NCBI GenBank assembly: GCA_951406725.2
Contig: OX597820.1
Coordinates: 15,872,001-15,936,000, forward strand
DNA: 64,000 nucleotides
Origin: Octopus vulgaris
Lineage: Eukaryota
Direction of reading: 5' to 3'
Below are positions 27,602-41,306 of this stretch, in pieces; the first letter of the stretch is position 1, and each line of letters starts with the position of its first letter. The notes under the pieces were generated by a model. It saw only the letters and a list, made by a program, of their open reading frames with translations. It had not been told where the DNA came from and did no database searches. Both the position numbers and the translations under genes were made by a program.

Positions 27602-27650
27602 GCTTCTACAGGACTAGAACTGTTTCATTCAAGAGAAATCATCAGGAAGC
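27602..27650 (-). ncRNA. type-I hammerhead ribozyme
   Basis: GCTTC-CTGATGA-tTTCtcttGAAt-GAA-ACAG-ttctagtc-CTGT-A-GAAGC. Perfect stem I, 4-bp stem III, GUA cleavage triplet, weak stem II. Confidence 0.8.
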
Positions 27651-28074
27651 ATATATATATATATATACACACTATTAAGTTACGGGGACGTAAACACACC
27701 AACACCGGTGTATATGTATATAATGTTGCGTGTGCATGTTTGTGTTTGTGTTTGCCCCCCCCCCCGCTTGATAACCAGTGATCGCGTGTTTACGTTCCCG
27801 TAACTTAATAGTTCGGCAAAAGAGACTAGTACCAGGTTTAACAAAAAAATGTACTGGGCCGATTCATTTGACTAAAACTTCTTCAAAGCGGTGCCCCAGC
27901 ATGGTCACAGTCTAATGACAACTGAAACAAATAAAAGATAAAGGTGAAATCAGAAGAATCATTTAACATGGCTCATTGATTCCTACTGTTTTTTTTTTGT
28001 TTTTGAAATTAAAGTCAATCTCCATGGATTCTGGATAGAATTGAATGGCTCAAAATCTGCGCAAAGATTTATTT

Positions 28075-28680
28075 CTCATTTCTTTACTACCCGCAAGGGG
28101 CTACACACAGAAGGGACAAACAATGACAGACAAACGGATTTAGTCGATTACATCGATCCTGGTGCGTAACTGGTACTTATTTAATCGACCCCGACAGGAT
28201 GAAAGGCAAAGTCGACCTCGGCCGAATTTGAACTTAGAACGTAGCGGCTGACGAAATACCCATTTCTTTATTAACCACAAGGGGCTAAACACAGAGGGGA
28301 CAAACAATGACAGACAAACGGATTAAGTCGATTACATCGACCCCAGTGCGTGACTGGTACTTAATTTATCGACCTCGATTGGATGAAATGCAGAGTCGAC
28401 CTCGGTAGAATTTGAACTCAGAACGTAGCGGCAGACGAAATACCTGTTTCTTTACTACCCACAAGGGACTAAACACAGAGAGGTCAAACAAGGACAGACA
28501 AACGGATTAAGTCGATCACATCGACCCCCCAGTACGTAACTGGTACTTATTTAATCGACCCCGAAAGGATGAAAGGTAAAGTCGGCCTTGGCGGAATTTG
28601 AACTCAGAACGTAGCGGCAGACGAAATGCTGCTAAACATTTCGCCCGGCGTGCTAACGTTTCTGCCAGCTCGCCGCCTTA
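28075..28680 (-). mobile_element. SINE family A trimer
   Basis: Three ~180-bp units. Confidence 0.85.
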
Positions 28681-29095
28681 CAAAGATTTATTTCTAGTGA
28701 TGAGAAAGATGTCAAATCCCTCACCGTATAACTTGGTTTATGCACGACTGGCCCAATGGCAGGGAGGAGACCCAGGACGTCTGGGGTTGCGGGTAAACTG
28801 CAGCGAGCAACCGTGTCCATGGTATGTAGTGAGATGCTTTGACTGCTCCAGCCCTCTCAGTTTTTGTCCTGTTTTAGATAATAGCAGTACAAAACGCACG
28901 ACTTGCCACTGAATGTCGGACAGCTGCAAAGGGTGAATGATCAGAACAGCTGCCAGATGTTGGAACAGCCCGGATTTGATGAACGAAGGAAAGTGAGGCA
29001 CGGCTTAGTCGACATACTAGTTAACTCATGGCTGGAACGCTGACAGGTGCTACTATTCCGGTAGATCTGGGAACAATCTTAACTTTTATGTTATA

Positions 29096-29473
29096 CTAGC
29101 AGTATCGCCCGGCGTTGCTCGGATTTGTAAGGGAAATAACTATATAAGCATTTTTAGAGAGTTATAGCCTAAAAATAGCAAAAAAATGATGGTAATTTTT
29201 TTTAAATCGTTGACTCATCGTCGACATTTTTTGAGAGTTACTTCCCTTATATAATAGCGAAAAAATGCATTAAAGTAGAAAAAAATAATGGTAAATTGTT
29301 TTTAAAATCGTAGACTCATCGTAGACGCGCGCTAATACCCAGAAGGGCTCGATATGAATCACGACTATAAGATACCCGCTTGTGGTTACACTGCACCGCA
29401 AAATGTGGGAGTAGTTAGGAATCTAAATCGTAGGAGACAGACAGACACACAACTTCTCTTTTATATATAAAGA
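29096..29473 (-). mobile_element. non-autonomous Helitron, family 2
   Basis: TC...CTAG termini on the minus strand, internal duplication, matches 19083-19480. Confidence 0.85.
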
Positions 29474-30350
29474 TGTATGTTATAAATAACGCTCAACAAG
29501 TAGCAAACATCTGGGCCTGCCTCAATGGAGAAAATAAACGGAGATCAGCACACGTCGTCAAAGGAGGCTTTCGATTGGTCAAAATTACACAAATTTACAT
29601 GCAAGTGACTTTTTTATTACTCTTTTTTTTTTTACTTGATTCAGTCATTTGACTGTGGCCATGCAGGAGCACCGCCTTTAGTCGAGCAAATCGCCCCCAG
29701 GACTTATTCTTTGTAAGTCTAGTACTTATTCTATCGGTCTCTTTTTGCCGAACCGCTAAGTTACGGGGACGTAAACACACCAGCACCGGTTGTCAAGCGA
29801 TGTTGAGGACAGAGTTACAGAGACCTAAATACACCAACATCACTTGGTAAGCTGAAGGTTGCGCAAACACACACACACACGTAAATACATGCATACATAT
29901 ATATATATACGACGGGCTTCTTTCAGTTTCCGTCTACCAAATCCACTCACAAGGTTTTGGTCAGCTTGAGGCTATAGTAGAAGACACTTGTCCAAGGTGC
30001 CACGCAGTGGGACTGAACCCGGAACCATGTGGTTGGTAAGCAAGCTACTTACCACACAGCCACTCTTGCACCTATATATATATATATATTTCTTTACTAC
30101 CCACAAGGGGCTAAACACAGAGGAGACAAACAAGGACAGACAAAGGACAGACCCCAGTGCATAACTGGTACTTAATTTATCGACCCCGGAAGGATGAAAG
30201 GCAAAGTCGACCTCGGCGGAATTTGAACTCGGAACGTAACGGCAGACGAAATACGGCAACGCATTTCGCCCGGCGTGCTAACGTTTCTGCCAGCTCGCCG
30301 CCTTCCGCATTTCGCCCGGCGTGCTAACGTTTATATATATATATATGACG

Positions 30351-30384
<34 letters not shown>

Positions 30385-30976
30385 GGGCTTCTTTCAGCTT
30401 GCGTTTACCAAATCCACTCGGCCCAAAGTAAAAGATACTTTTCTCAAAGCGCGTCGCTGCGGGACTGAACCCGGAACCACGTGGATGGAAAGCAAAGTTC
30501 TTACCATACATCCGTGCCCACGTTCGCTATCTGGTCGATTGTTATATTAGTGGTGGACTGGTTGTTTGATGGGATGATTAAGGAACGAGTTAGCAAGTTA
30601 TTTGGAGAAGTTGGTCGATTAGTTGATAGATGATATGTGCTGCGTGAGTTTTATTTATTTATTCATTTATTTATCTGCTGTTGCTTAGTCATATACGATG
30701 AAGGAGCAATGGATATGACCTTTTCCCGGACCTTCAATACGAGCGATAGAAATGTAGGAAGTTCTATATATTTAAGCCGGAATTCTCTGTCGAGTGCTGT
30801 TTACGGATCCGCTGTGTGTTTGTGTAAGTGCGTACGTGCGCAGGCGCACTATGCGCGTACACACATACATACATATATACATGCTCTCGTACGTACGTAC
30901 ATACATACATACATACATACATACATACATACATACATACATACATACATACGTACGTACGTACATACATACATAC

Positions 30977-31043
<67 letters not shown>

Positions 31044-31501
31044 GACTCTCCTGTCGAAGTAATCGCAGAGCAACAGGAGAGGAAGTCTTCTGCCCGAGAA
31101 CGCAACGCACTGCCCAGTCCAGGAATCGGACCTGCCATCATGCGATCATGATTGAAACATCTTGACCGTATATATTCACACGCTGATTAGAGCGTCGAGC
31201 TTACGATCGTGAGGTTGTGAGGTCGAATCCCGGACTGGGCTGCGTGTTGTGCTCTTGAGCAAGATACTTTATTTCACGTTGCTCCAGTTCACTCAGCTGT
31301 AGAAATGAGTTGCGGCGTCACTGGTGCCAAGCTGTATCAGCCTTTGCCTTTCCCTTGGATAACATTGGTGGTGTGGAGAGGGGAGGCTGGTATGCATGAG
31401 TGACTGCTGGTCATCCATAAACAACCTTGCCTGGACTTATGCCTGGGAAGGCAACATTCTAGGTGCAATCCCATGGTCATTCATACCGAAGGTGGTCTCA
31501 G

Positions 31502-31545
<44 letters not shown>

Positions 31546-31999
31546 GTGTGTATGTATGTATGTATGTATGTATGTATGTATGTATGTATGTATGTATGTA
31601 TGTATAAGCAAAAATGCTAATTCTAAAATCCCACTAAGAGATCAACGCAGTGGTTTACTAATAAGTGATGTTCGTAGCCACTTTAACATGGCTGCCCGTT
31701 CGAACGGACTTTACTGCGATTTTTTAACCGCAAGTGGACATCTCCACTAGCTGGTTAACGATGCACAGCTGCATTCGATATATTGCGAGCAGGGGAGCGA
31801 ACCCCTACCACCTTCAAGCGACGGGACCAGCAGAGCAACCTGGTTTCGGCCTATTTCTGCCTCTCTTCAGTACAGGATACCTCGTCTGCTAGAGATGAAT
31901 TTTTTATTACGATAAATATTATCATTCATAGAAGGGACAAAAACAGGACAATACAAACAATGAATATCGTAATTGTGAGTTCGAATGATACCTAGGTTT

Positions 32000-33260
32000 A
32001 AAAATTATGAATGATATATAAAAATTAAAATTTTGACTTTTTTTTGGACTTTAAACTGATGGGCTGAAAAGCCCATCGACTACACCTTTTCCTTTTCCCA
32101 TGAAGGATTAAGCAGGGTCAGTTGCACCCACCTGTCTTACAACGGCCTTAAAAAATGGAAAAACGAAGAATATATATATTTCTTTACTACCCACAAGGGG
32201 CTAAACATAGAGGGGACAAACAAGGACAGACAAAGGGATTAAGTCAATTACATCGACCCAGTGCGAAACTGGTACTTTATTTATCGACCCCGAAAGGATG
32301 AAAGGCAAAGTCGACCTCGGCGGAATTTGAACTCAGAACGTAACGACAGACGAAATACCGCTAAGCATTTCGCCCGGCGCGCTAACGTTTCTGCCAGCTC
32401 GAAGAATATATAGTTTGAGTTTGGGCAGGGGCTGCGCAAATTCGGCTACCTCCCCATCCTTTTCTTTCATTGGTGAAGCCGTTGGGTTTATTAGTAATCT
32501 TTCCATGGCCATTTCGGAGCTGACGTCCTTGATATCTTCTGGATACCTTTCCTTCAGCTCCAAAAATAGGCCTGCGTCCATTTTAGCAAGTCTAATGTTC
32601 GGGGGCGTGTCTTTTCTTATTTTAAAAACTCGCACCTTATGATGCGCTCTTATGACTGTGTTCAACACAGGGTTCTTTTCCGAGAAGGAAGCAATTTTTT
32701 CTTGGGTTTCGGGGAGGGATTTGGTGAAAGGTTTCACCGTGGCGTTGGTTTGGGGAATTTTGTCTTGTGTGTCTACCGTGTGTTTCATAGATTTTTTTGT
32801 TTGGGGAGGGGAGTCTGGGACTTGGGCTTTTTTCTTTCGTGTGACACTGTAGTGTATTCCATTTCATCGTTTTTCTCAGTTTTTTTTTCCTTTGCACTCT
32901 CTACTGTTACTCCCTCTCTCGTTTCTGCTGCATTGTCTTGCTTTCATCTTTTCCTTTGACCACCTTCGTAGCCTTTTGGGGAAGGGCTTCATTGATTTTC
33001 TTTTTCTCGCACTTCGAGCAAACACGGCCCTTTTCTCCACATCTGAAGCAACGTCCCTCGACGGCTACTCTTATTGTTAGCCCCTCCCTTACAAACACCC
33101 TATCGGGCAATTTTTCTGGAATTTCATTTGACGCTTGCACAACCATCTCTAGGGTCTGGCCTTTCCAGTTGACGGCTTCACGCTTTTTCAATTGCAAAAT
33201 CGTCACTGCCTCCTCCACGTCTTAGATGACAGCCACTGCTACCCACATAACCTCGTAACC
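32000..33260 (-). pseudogene. LINE ORF1 remnant (L1/Tx1-like) with zinc knuckle
   Basis: IRVAVEGRCFRCGEKGRVCSKC, K/E-rich downstream region, frameshifted. A SINE is inserted with TSD CGAAGAATATATA. Confidence 0.6.
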
Positions 33261-34158
33261 AGCCAGAATCTCATCAACCCCAGTACGCAGTTGGTACTTA
33301 TTTTATCGACTTCAAAAGGATGAAAAGGTAATGTCGACCTCGGTGGTATTTGAACTCAGAGCGTAGAGGTGGACGAAATGTGGCTAAGCATTTTGTCGAG
33401 CGTGCTAACGATTCTACCATTTCGCCTTCTAACACGTCCGTAATCTAGGCACAAGGGCTGAAATATTTGGGGAGGGTGCCAGTCGATTAGATCAACCCCA
33501 GTACGCAACTGGTACTTAATTTATCGACCATGAAAGGATGAAAGTCAAAGTCGACCCCGGCGGAATTTGAACTCAGAATGTAAAGACAGACAAAATATCG
33601 CTAAGCATATCGCCCGGTTTACTAACGTTTCTGCCACCTCGCCGCCTTTTTTGTTTCTTTATTTTCCACAGGGGGGCTAAACATAGAGGGAACAAACAAT
33701 GACAGACAAAGGAACTAAGTCGAATACATCAACCCCAGTACGCAACTGGTACTTTATTTATTGATGCCGAAAGGATGAAAGGCAAAGTCGACCTCGGCGG
33801 AATTTGAACTCAGAACGTAAAGCATTTCGCCCGGTGTGCTAACGTTTTTGTCAGATCGCCGCCTAACACGTACGTACATACTGAAGGATGGGTTGTATAT
33901 TTGAGGAACTTGTACGTATGTATGAGATCATTATTATTGTGATGAGGATAAATGTGTACACAACTGTGTTGTATAATGTCTGACTCATCATTTAGTGGGA
34001 CTTGAAAACCTACTGTAGGATATGAAAGGACAAACCGTAAGCTATGTACTTCAGATACTTAACGCAGATACTTAATGTACGACCAAGATAACCTCAATGT
34101 GGTCATCGATCAACCAGAAATAACAACCGAAAATTTCGTTCAAATTGCATCATTCTGT

Positions 34159-34596
34159 CATAGAAAAATAGGACATATCGGATAACATGATCCTGTGTGC
34201 GTTGTAGCCACAACAAAACGGGATGGCCACGCATGGAGCGTCTTTGTTCACAGATCTGCTCATTCGGGGCTTCTATCTGTTAAACAACAGCAGTTCCAAT
34301 AAATAACATTTTACCCAGGCAAACGATGGACCCTCAACGTGGTTGCTGGAGATGCTTGTAACGGAGAACTTACCCCCATAGAAAAATAGGACATATCGGA
34401 TAACATGATCCTGTGTGCGTTGTAGCCACAACAAAACGGGATGGCCACGCATGGAGCGTCTTTGTTCACAGATCTGCTCATTCGGGGCTTCTATCTGTTA
34501 AACAACAGCAGTTCCAATAAATAACATTTTACCCAGGCAAACGATGGACCCTCAACGTGGTTGCTGGAGATGCTTGTAACGGAGAACTTACCCCCA
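34159..34596. repeat. exact 218-bp tandem duplication
   Basis: 34159-34376 is repeated from 34377. Confidence 0.9.
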
Positions 34597-35639
34597 AACA
34601 ATGCCCAACTATCTTAGAAAAATGATTAATTTTCTTTTTAATCTGTGTTGAATCTACAATTCAATTATTTTGGAATTTTTTGTAGTTTCTGATGCGTTTA
34701 AGTGACCAGAAATACAAGACTCCTACCAGAACGGGATGCTAATCTGTTACAAGGTTTATCTGCAGGCGCTTAGCTGGTATTGCTTTTCAGGTGAACAGAG
34801 CAACGGGAAACAAAATACCTTGCTCAGAGACACAACATTTAATCATGTCCAGGAACCGAACGCACACCCTTACGATGTAAACAGATCAACATCAACACCG
34901 CCGCCACCACTACCACCACAAAAAGTGACTTGATGGTCGTGGCCGGAACAGCCTTCGAACATAGGTTTGCTTGATCAGAGCTGACCGGCAGATAAACAAT
35001 AGCATTTCAACAAAAGATGGTTTACAAGGACATAGAGTCGAGGATTATTAGTTTAACAAAAAGAAAAGGATATCTGTAACGATCGTATTTTAACCAAGGT
35101 TACTGCGGAGTGGCTGCTGAGGAATGCAAACAGAATCGAATTGTGGGCTTTGTGAATATCAGCCGACATTTCCTTAAAGGAAGAAAAAAGAAAAGAAGCT
35201 CACAGTCTCTTTGAAATTTGTGGGAATTCCGAAAGCCCGCTTTGTATAATTTTTCTTTGAGTGCAAATCATCGACTTTTCAATGGGACAATTTAATAACT
35301 GAGTGACTCAGCCCAGCTGTGGCTACTCAATGTATACTTTTGACTGATACAATTATTTTTCTGCGTAAAGCTACTTAAATAAATGAGAAATTTCTTGAAA
35401 TTGTAGAAGTCTTTGACGTTGCGATAAAGAGAGTTTCCGGATTGTTGTCCAATTAATTTCATTATACGTCCGCTAGCAACAACAACGCTTCAAGAATCAA
35501 TACATTGGATTTTTCCATAAATAATTCAGTTTCTTCAATTGCATGGACTAAAAGTCAGGGGTAGGGGACGGGATAAACTGTTTGCATTAACTGGCTATAA
35601 AAGCAGGCAGTAAGTTTACCTTGTCCTTAATCTTAGTGC

Positions 35640-36520
35640 AAGGCGTATTTTTTGAACGTGTATTGTGATGTATTGAAGTGCTGATTTTTGTGCTGTTTTG
35701 CAGCGGTTTATCGGTTGTGCTTTCTGTGTGTTTCAGGGGAGATAGCGATGGCTAACGGAGGGATGTTCTGTTCGGACCTTAGCGGGTCGGAGTTGTCCGC
35801 TTCAGAGGAGGAGTTGGTAAAGGCGGTGAGCAGAATGGACGGATGTCTTGGAGAGGGGAAGAACTTAGCTGAGGTAACGGAGTAGGAAAGGAGTGAAATG
35901 GACTTCTCTAGAATGAAGAAACATCAGGGGATGGCACATGAGGTTTTTTTTTGTTTGTTCCTTCTCGACCCACGCTTAGCTCATAAGGGCCAGTTTCCCG
36001 GTTTCCTTGGCGTATAGGTTCCCCACCTGGACGGGACGCCGGTCCGTCGCAGGTGAGCTGCAAGATGCAGGAGGAAAGAGTGAGAGAAAGTTGTGGCGAA
36101 AGAGTCCGCAGAGGTTCGCCATTAACTTCTGCTGGAGCCGCGCGGAGCTTAGTGTGTTTCGCTCATAAACACACATCGCCCGGTTTGAGATTCGAACCCG
36201 CGATCCCTCGACCGCGAGTCCGCTGCTCTAACCACTAGGCCATGTGCCTCCACAGGCACATGAGGTGGGTGGTGATGTCAAGTTGTCGCCTCCACAGAGG
36301 GTTATGGAGGACATGATGAGTAGGGCCATTATGTATAAAGTTTATTCGGTGGAAGGGGAGAAGGTGGACCGGGTGGAGGCCGAAGTAACTGAGAAGGCGT
36401 TGTGCGTGGTGTCTGGGGATGTGGTGTTTTTGGCGGGAGGATGCAGGTATGGGACGGTGGTGGTCCGAGTCGAGACGGAGAAGGTAACGTGTCTTATAGG
36501 GATCCCCAAGGTATATATGG
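35640..36520 (+). pseudogene. LINE 5' end/ORF1 remnant split by a SINE
   Basis: RAIMYKVYS...TEKALC...GCRYGTVVVR resembles the ORF at 39522. SINE TSD GGCACATGAGGT. Confidence 0.45.
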
Positions 36521-37942
36521 ACCCCGGTTAAGAAGCACTGGGTTAAGGTGATGCAGTCGCAATGGCCAGGACGGTGGTTTCGATTCTCGGACCGGGCGGA
36601 GCGTTGTAGTTTTAAGCAAAATACATCATTTCAGGTCGCTTCAGTCCAGCTAGTTATACATGAGTAACCCTGCAACGGACTGGCGTTCCGTTCGGGAGTG
36701 GGGGTCTTGTTGGGATTTCAGTATTTATTCGCCATGGAAACCGGGTAATCGGTTGCGATGACAAGTGTTCAAGTTGCTCCGATCAACGGCACAAACTACT
36801 CGTGAATTTAACGTACTGAGCACGCCAAAGACACGTGAACCTTTAACAGAGTTCTCAGGGAGATTCAGTGTCGCATAGGATGTGACAAAGCTGTAATCGA
36901 CCTGTCCTCCTCCCCGTCACAATTTCAGGCCTTGTGCCTTTAGTAGAAAGGTTTACTATTCCTATTTATTGCTGAAGCAGCGAGCTGGGATAATCTTTAT
37001 TACGACGGACGAAATGTTGCTTAGCATTTCGTCCGTCCTTACGGTCAAATTCAAATTCCGCCGAGGTCGACTTTGCCTTTCATCCTTTCAGGGTCGATAA
37101 AATAAGCACCAGTTACTCACTGCGGTCGATGTAATCGACTTACACACACACCCGAAATTGCTGGCCTTGTGCCAAATTTTGAAACCAGTATTTCTGGACA
37201 CTGTATCTAGTGCTTCTCTTGTAACAGGAACCACTCATATATCAGTTCGCTGTTATCTCAGTTGGCTTTTATCGCACTTGTAAAGCGGTTTTAGTTCCTG
37301 CTTTAGGACATAGTTGTTTATCTATGTTTCCTCGACTTCATTTTCACTCGCCCAAGTGTCAAATAGGCGGACTACAGCGCTTATATTACAACCTCTGATA
37401 TCTCTGCTCATCTTTACGTTCTGGGGTCAAATTCCGCCTAGGTACACTTTGTTTTTCATTCTTTTGGAGCTGGTAAAAAAAAATAGTATCATTTGAACAT
37501 TGGGCGTCAATGTAATTGATTTAAACCTTCGCCTGAAATTGCTGGCCTTGTACCTAAATTTGAAACCGATATTCTTAATACTTTCCTGGGTGTCTTCATT
37601 GTTTCGTTTTTTGTGTTTGACTTGCAAGATTTTTGATGTGAACTCATTGTGTTGTATATCGGGAGGGCCATTATGCCAATACTAAACACACGCACTGGTC
37701 CTATTCTTCTTCTTCTTCTTCTTCTTGTTAGGGCGGCGATATGGCAGAGTCGTTAGCATGTTGGACGAAATGTTTAGCAGTATTTTGCCCATCCTTACGT
37801 TCTGAGCTCAATTTCCGCCGAGGTCGACTTTGCTTTTCATCCTTTCGCGGTCAATTAATTAAGTACCAGTTATACAATGGTTCGATGTAATCGAAATTCC
37901 TTCTCCTCCACAATTTCAGGCCTTGTGCCTATAGAAGAAAGG

Positions 37943-37980
<38 letters not shown>

Positions 37981-37982
<2 letters not shown>

Positions 37983-38312
37983 GTTTTCCTTCTTTCTTCA
38001 AATTTTCTTCCGTTTCTCGCCGGGTATTTTCCATACACCTAGGGCAGAGAAGCTCATTGTATGCATTCCCAGATTACACACGCAAATTCACAGATAAAAT
38101 ATGTATTTAAAAATTAATAAATAAATAAATTCATGGATGGATGTTGTTTTCACAGCGATAATGCTCTTCTCTGTACATGAGCCATTCTAGTTAATACGAT
38201 TTTTTGCACTTCCTGTAAGCCTGGAATCATTTTCAAATAGGTTTCAGTACCTTTTTTTATCATTCCTAGAGATCCTACAATCACTGGTACTGTAGTCGCC
38301 TTGAGATGCCAC

Positions 38313-38316
<4 letters not shown>
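37981..38316 (-). mobile_element. 5'-truncated R4/Dong-like element inside (TAA)n
   Basis: MWHLKATTVPVIVGSLGMIKKG...LQEVQKIVLT...RRALSL* plus 3'UTR; (TAA)n on both sides. Confidence 0.8.
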
Positions 38317-38361
<45 letters not shown>

Positions 38362-39740
38362 GAACACGACAGACGTATTTTCGAACGCCCGGAGTAAGTA
38401 TTGATTAAAACTTTGGTTTACACCCGTTTGTTTCCGTTTTTCTTTCGTTTAAACATTGTTCCAGTGTGTTAATAGAAACACTAGGGACCTGGCATTGGGT
38501 GCCTGTGTTTATTTAGTCCATTGCCGGGCTATATTTGGCCCCAAATAAATTTGACGGGCGTTTTAATCCATTATGGCGGAACGCATCTTCGAAGAATTAA
38601 GGAAAGAAAAACTGCTCCTCTTGAAAAAAATTCTTTGAATGCTGAAGATTTCCCTCCGTTACTGACAACATTACAGAAGAGGCAGAGGAGAAAAGGAAGG
38701 GCGGAAAAGTTGAAAGTAGTAGTAGTAGTGAAAACATTGGCAACAGCAGTGACCACAATGGTAGCGGCGGTGGCGACAACAGCAGCGGCGGCGGTGGTAG
38801 AGACAGTGGTAGAAGTAGTAGAAGTAGTGTTAGCAATAGCAACGAAATTCAGAACACAAAGGATTTTAGCGGAGAAAATAATACTACAATTGAAGGCGGT
38901 GACGACGGTGTGGAGAGTGGCAACAGTGGAAGTGGCCACTACTTCACCCCCATCACCACCAATAGCAACAATATCAGCAGCAGTAACAACAACAACAACA
39001 GCAACGTCGACGACATCAACACCAATGACAAAACAAGAAGTTTGCTGATGTAACAAACGCAAAGAAAGAAATGTTTATAATCCCTCTCGAGGACAAAATT
39101 CGACAACTTTCAAAAGCAAAAAGCATCATCAAAGTTTGACGAGGGTAAGGCGTCAGTGCTCGTACCTCCCGAAATAATAGAGGTAAAGGGGAAAAAAGAC
39201 AGCATAATTAAATCTCAGAATGAGATTGAAACAGTAATCGCTCGATAATGTAAAGTATAAAAGCCATCTTATCATGGCTAGCCACATTGGGGAGGGGGTG
39301 TTACTGTAGCTTTATAGCCCCAAGAGATCTTCGTCTCTAGCTGGCTTTAGACACAATATCTGTGTCTCTGGAGTATTTGCAAAGGGAGGCCATCCCTTCC
39401 TCGCAAGCCTGAGTGATACGCTCGAACTAGTTTCGGGATTGTTGTCCCTCGTCAACGGGCGGTAACCACCAGGTAGCGATGAAAGAGAAGGCTCATTTGC
39501 AAATAGATATAAGTTTTTCTAATGGCGTCTGCCACTGATGTCGAAAAACGAACAGTAAGCATAATTAAATCTCAAAAAAAGACAGTATATTTTAAATACA
39601 TATCGACGAAAAGTAGATCCGATATCGCTTCCATCAGTCACGTCGAGAAGGCCTTCAGCAAAAGTTTAATAGATGTGGCTAACATACAGAGTGGGAGGCA
39701 GTTTGCCAGCATTAAAGTTCTCTTTAAAAGCAACAATTCA
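38362..39740 (+). pseudogene. LINE 5' region/ORF1 fragments with a low-complexity G/S/N/T tract
   Basis: MAERIFEELRKEK start, low-complexity tract, duplicated SIIKSQ motif; lies directly upstream of the RT region. Confidence 0.45.
39419..39461 (-). ncRNA. minimal type-I hammerhead (U3 variant)
   Basis: CGCCCG-TTGACGA-GGGA-caacaa-TCCC-GAA-ACTAGT-T-CGAGCG. Palindromic stem III ACTAGT. Confidence 0.7.
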
Positions 39741-41305
39741 GTCTTTGGCGAGCTGTGATGGGCGCATGATAACCGAGTTTAATGAGATGCGTGCGGAATT
39801 TCAGTGGTACTTCGCCGAACTGTATAGGGCGCGTGGTAGTTCTGGGACGGGGGTAAATTTCACCTCCTACTTCAGCGACATATCTCACCTCTCGGCCAGG
39901 GATGCGGAGTTCTGCGAAATGCTGATAACAGGCGAAGATATACACGGGACGCGACGAAGGCCTGCGCAAAAGAGAAGTCTCCGGGGCGCGATGATCTGTC
40001 TTCGAGCTTTATTTTCATATGCCATACTTGTTCGGTGGTCTCTTGGAAGATATCTACCACAACTGGCAGCAGAACGGGAGAAGTCTCAGTACTGTGAGCC
40101 GTAGAGTAGTGGTGCTGTTGAGAAAGGAGCCGAACAAGGGGGACAAAATTGATAATTTTAGGCCTATAACTCTGCTGAATGCAGATTATAAGATTGTGGC
40201 CAAGGTATTAGCTAAGAGGTTGGTGCCTGTCGTCAATAAGCTGGTTGGTGACAGGCAGACATGCGCTATCCCATACAGAACAATCCACGACAACCTCCAC
40301 CTCACGTGTTACGTTATAGAGAGGGTGGGTAAGGAATTTGACGTAGGTAGGGCTCTGATCAATTTGGATCAGTCGAAAGCTTTTGATAGGGTCGACCACC
40401 AATACTTAAAAGCTGTTCTCGCGGCAGCGGGATTCGGTCCCGTTTTCAGAGGCTGGATCGCTGCAATGTACAACTGGATATTTCAAGGGGCATCCCGCGT
40501 GATCTAGGATGCGGAGGGTTCGTATCGGCTTACACGGACGACGTCACCGTAATAGTGTCGGACACCTCGGAAATCGGAAGCGGTGGCAGGAGTAAATATC
40601 AACCAGGCGACGTCAGTGGACCTACAGCTCGGCACCTAGTGAAGCAAGTCCATGCTAACCGACTGCATTGTAGAGCTCTGGACGGAAGGACAGGTTACAT
40701 TGCTCGGGGTCTGGTTTGGTCTAGACCTCCAGATGGACAAGAACAGAGGAGAGGTGACGAACAGAGTAGCCAATCTCATCCAGGAATGGGCAGAGAGGAA
40801 GCTGTTGGGTGGAGGTGGCGAATGCGTACATCGCTTCCGTCATCTACTACCACCCGACTGTCGTCCGTTTCCCTACTTTGTGCCTCATAAAGCTGGAGCG
40901 CTTTCTCTTCCATTTTCTATGGTAGGGACATTTTTCGCTCATCAGACGGTCCATCTGCTGTCAACAGTCACTGAGTGGAGGACTGGGTATGCCGTGGCTA
41001 ATGATGCGCAGACATGGGCTGAGGCTGCGACATCTCCAGCGTTAACGGTGAGCAGGTGTGGTCGCCTTTCGTCAAAGGGGACTTTCCGCAGCTCGTCTCA
41101 TTGATAAAGCTACAGTTCTGAGACTAGCACAGACCAAGAAAGGGCGCTTGACACCTGGAATGTCGGCAAGAGTTCAGAGCCTTCTGCCAGTCGAGCAACG
41201 CGGTCGGTGGAAGTTCCACCATGGAGTTCTATAGAGGATTAGTGGAGGGAAAGAGCGATGACGTACTCGAAGAAACTCTGGGTATATGGAATCTTCCGGA
41301 AATTC
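39740..41305 (+). pseudogene. L1/Tx1-clade LINE ORF2 reverse transcriptase, degenerate
   Basis: NFRPITLLNADYKIVAKVLAKRL, QTCAIPYRTIHDNL, LDQSKAFDRVDH, AYTDDVTV, SGGLGMPWL; frameshifts and a deletion. Confidence 0.9.
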
Positions 41306-41306
41306 G

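Noticed and set aside
28700-29050. GC-richer segment, possible CRE-like LINE remnant or exon
   Set aside because: No recognisable motif in any frame.
31837-31870. Minus-strand CTGAAGA..GGC..GCC-GAAAC-CAG-GTT motif
   Set aside because: Core and stems II/III are plausible, but I could not find stem I pairing; not counted.
38521-39062. Mucin-like T/A/V-rich ORFs
   Set aside because: Alternative frames of a low-complexity LINE ORF1 region.
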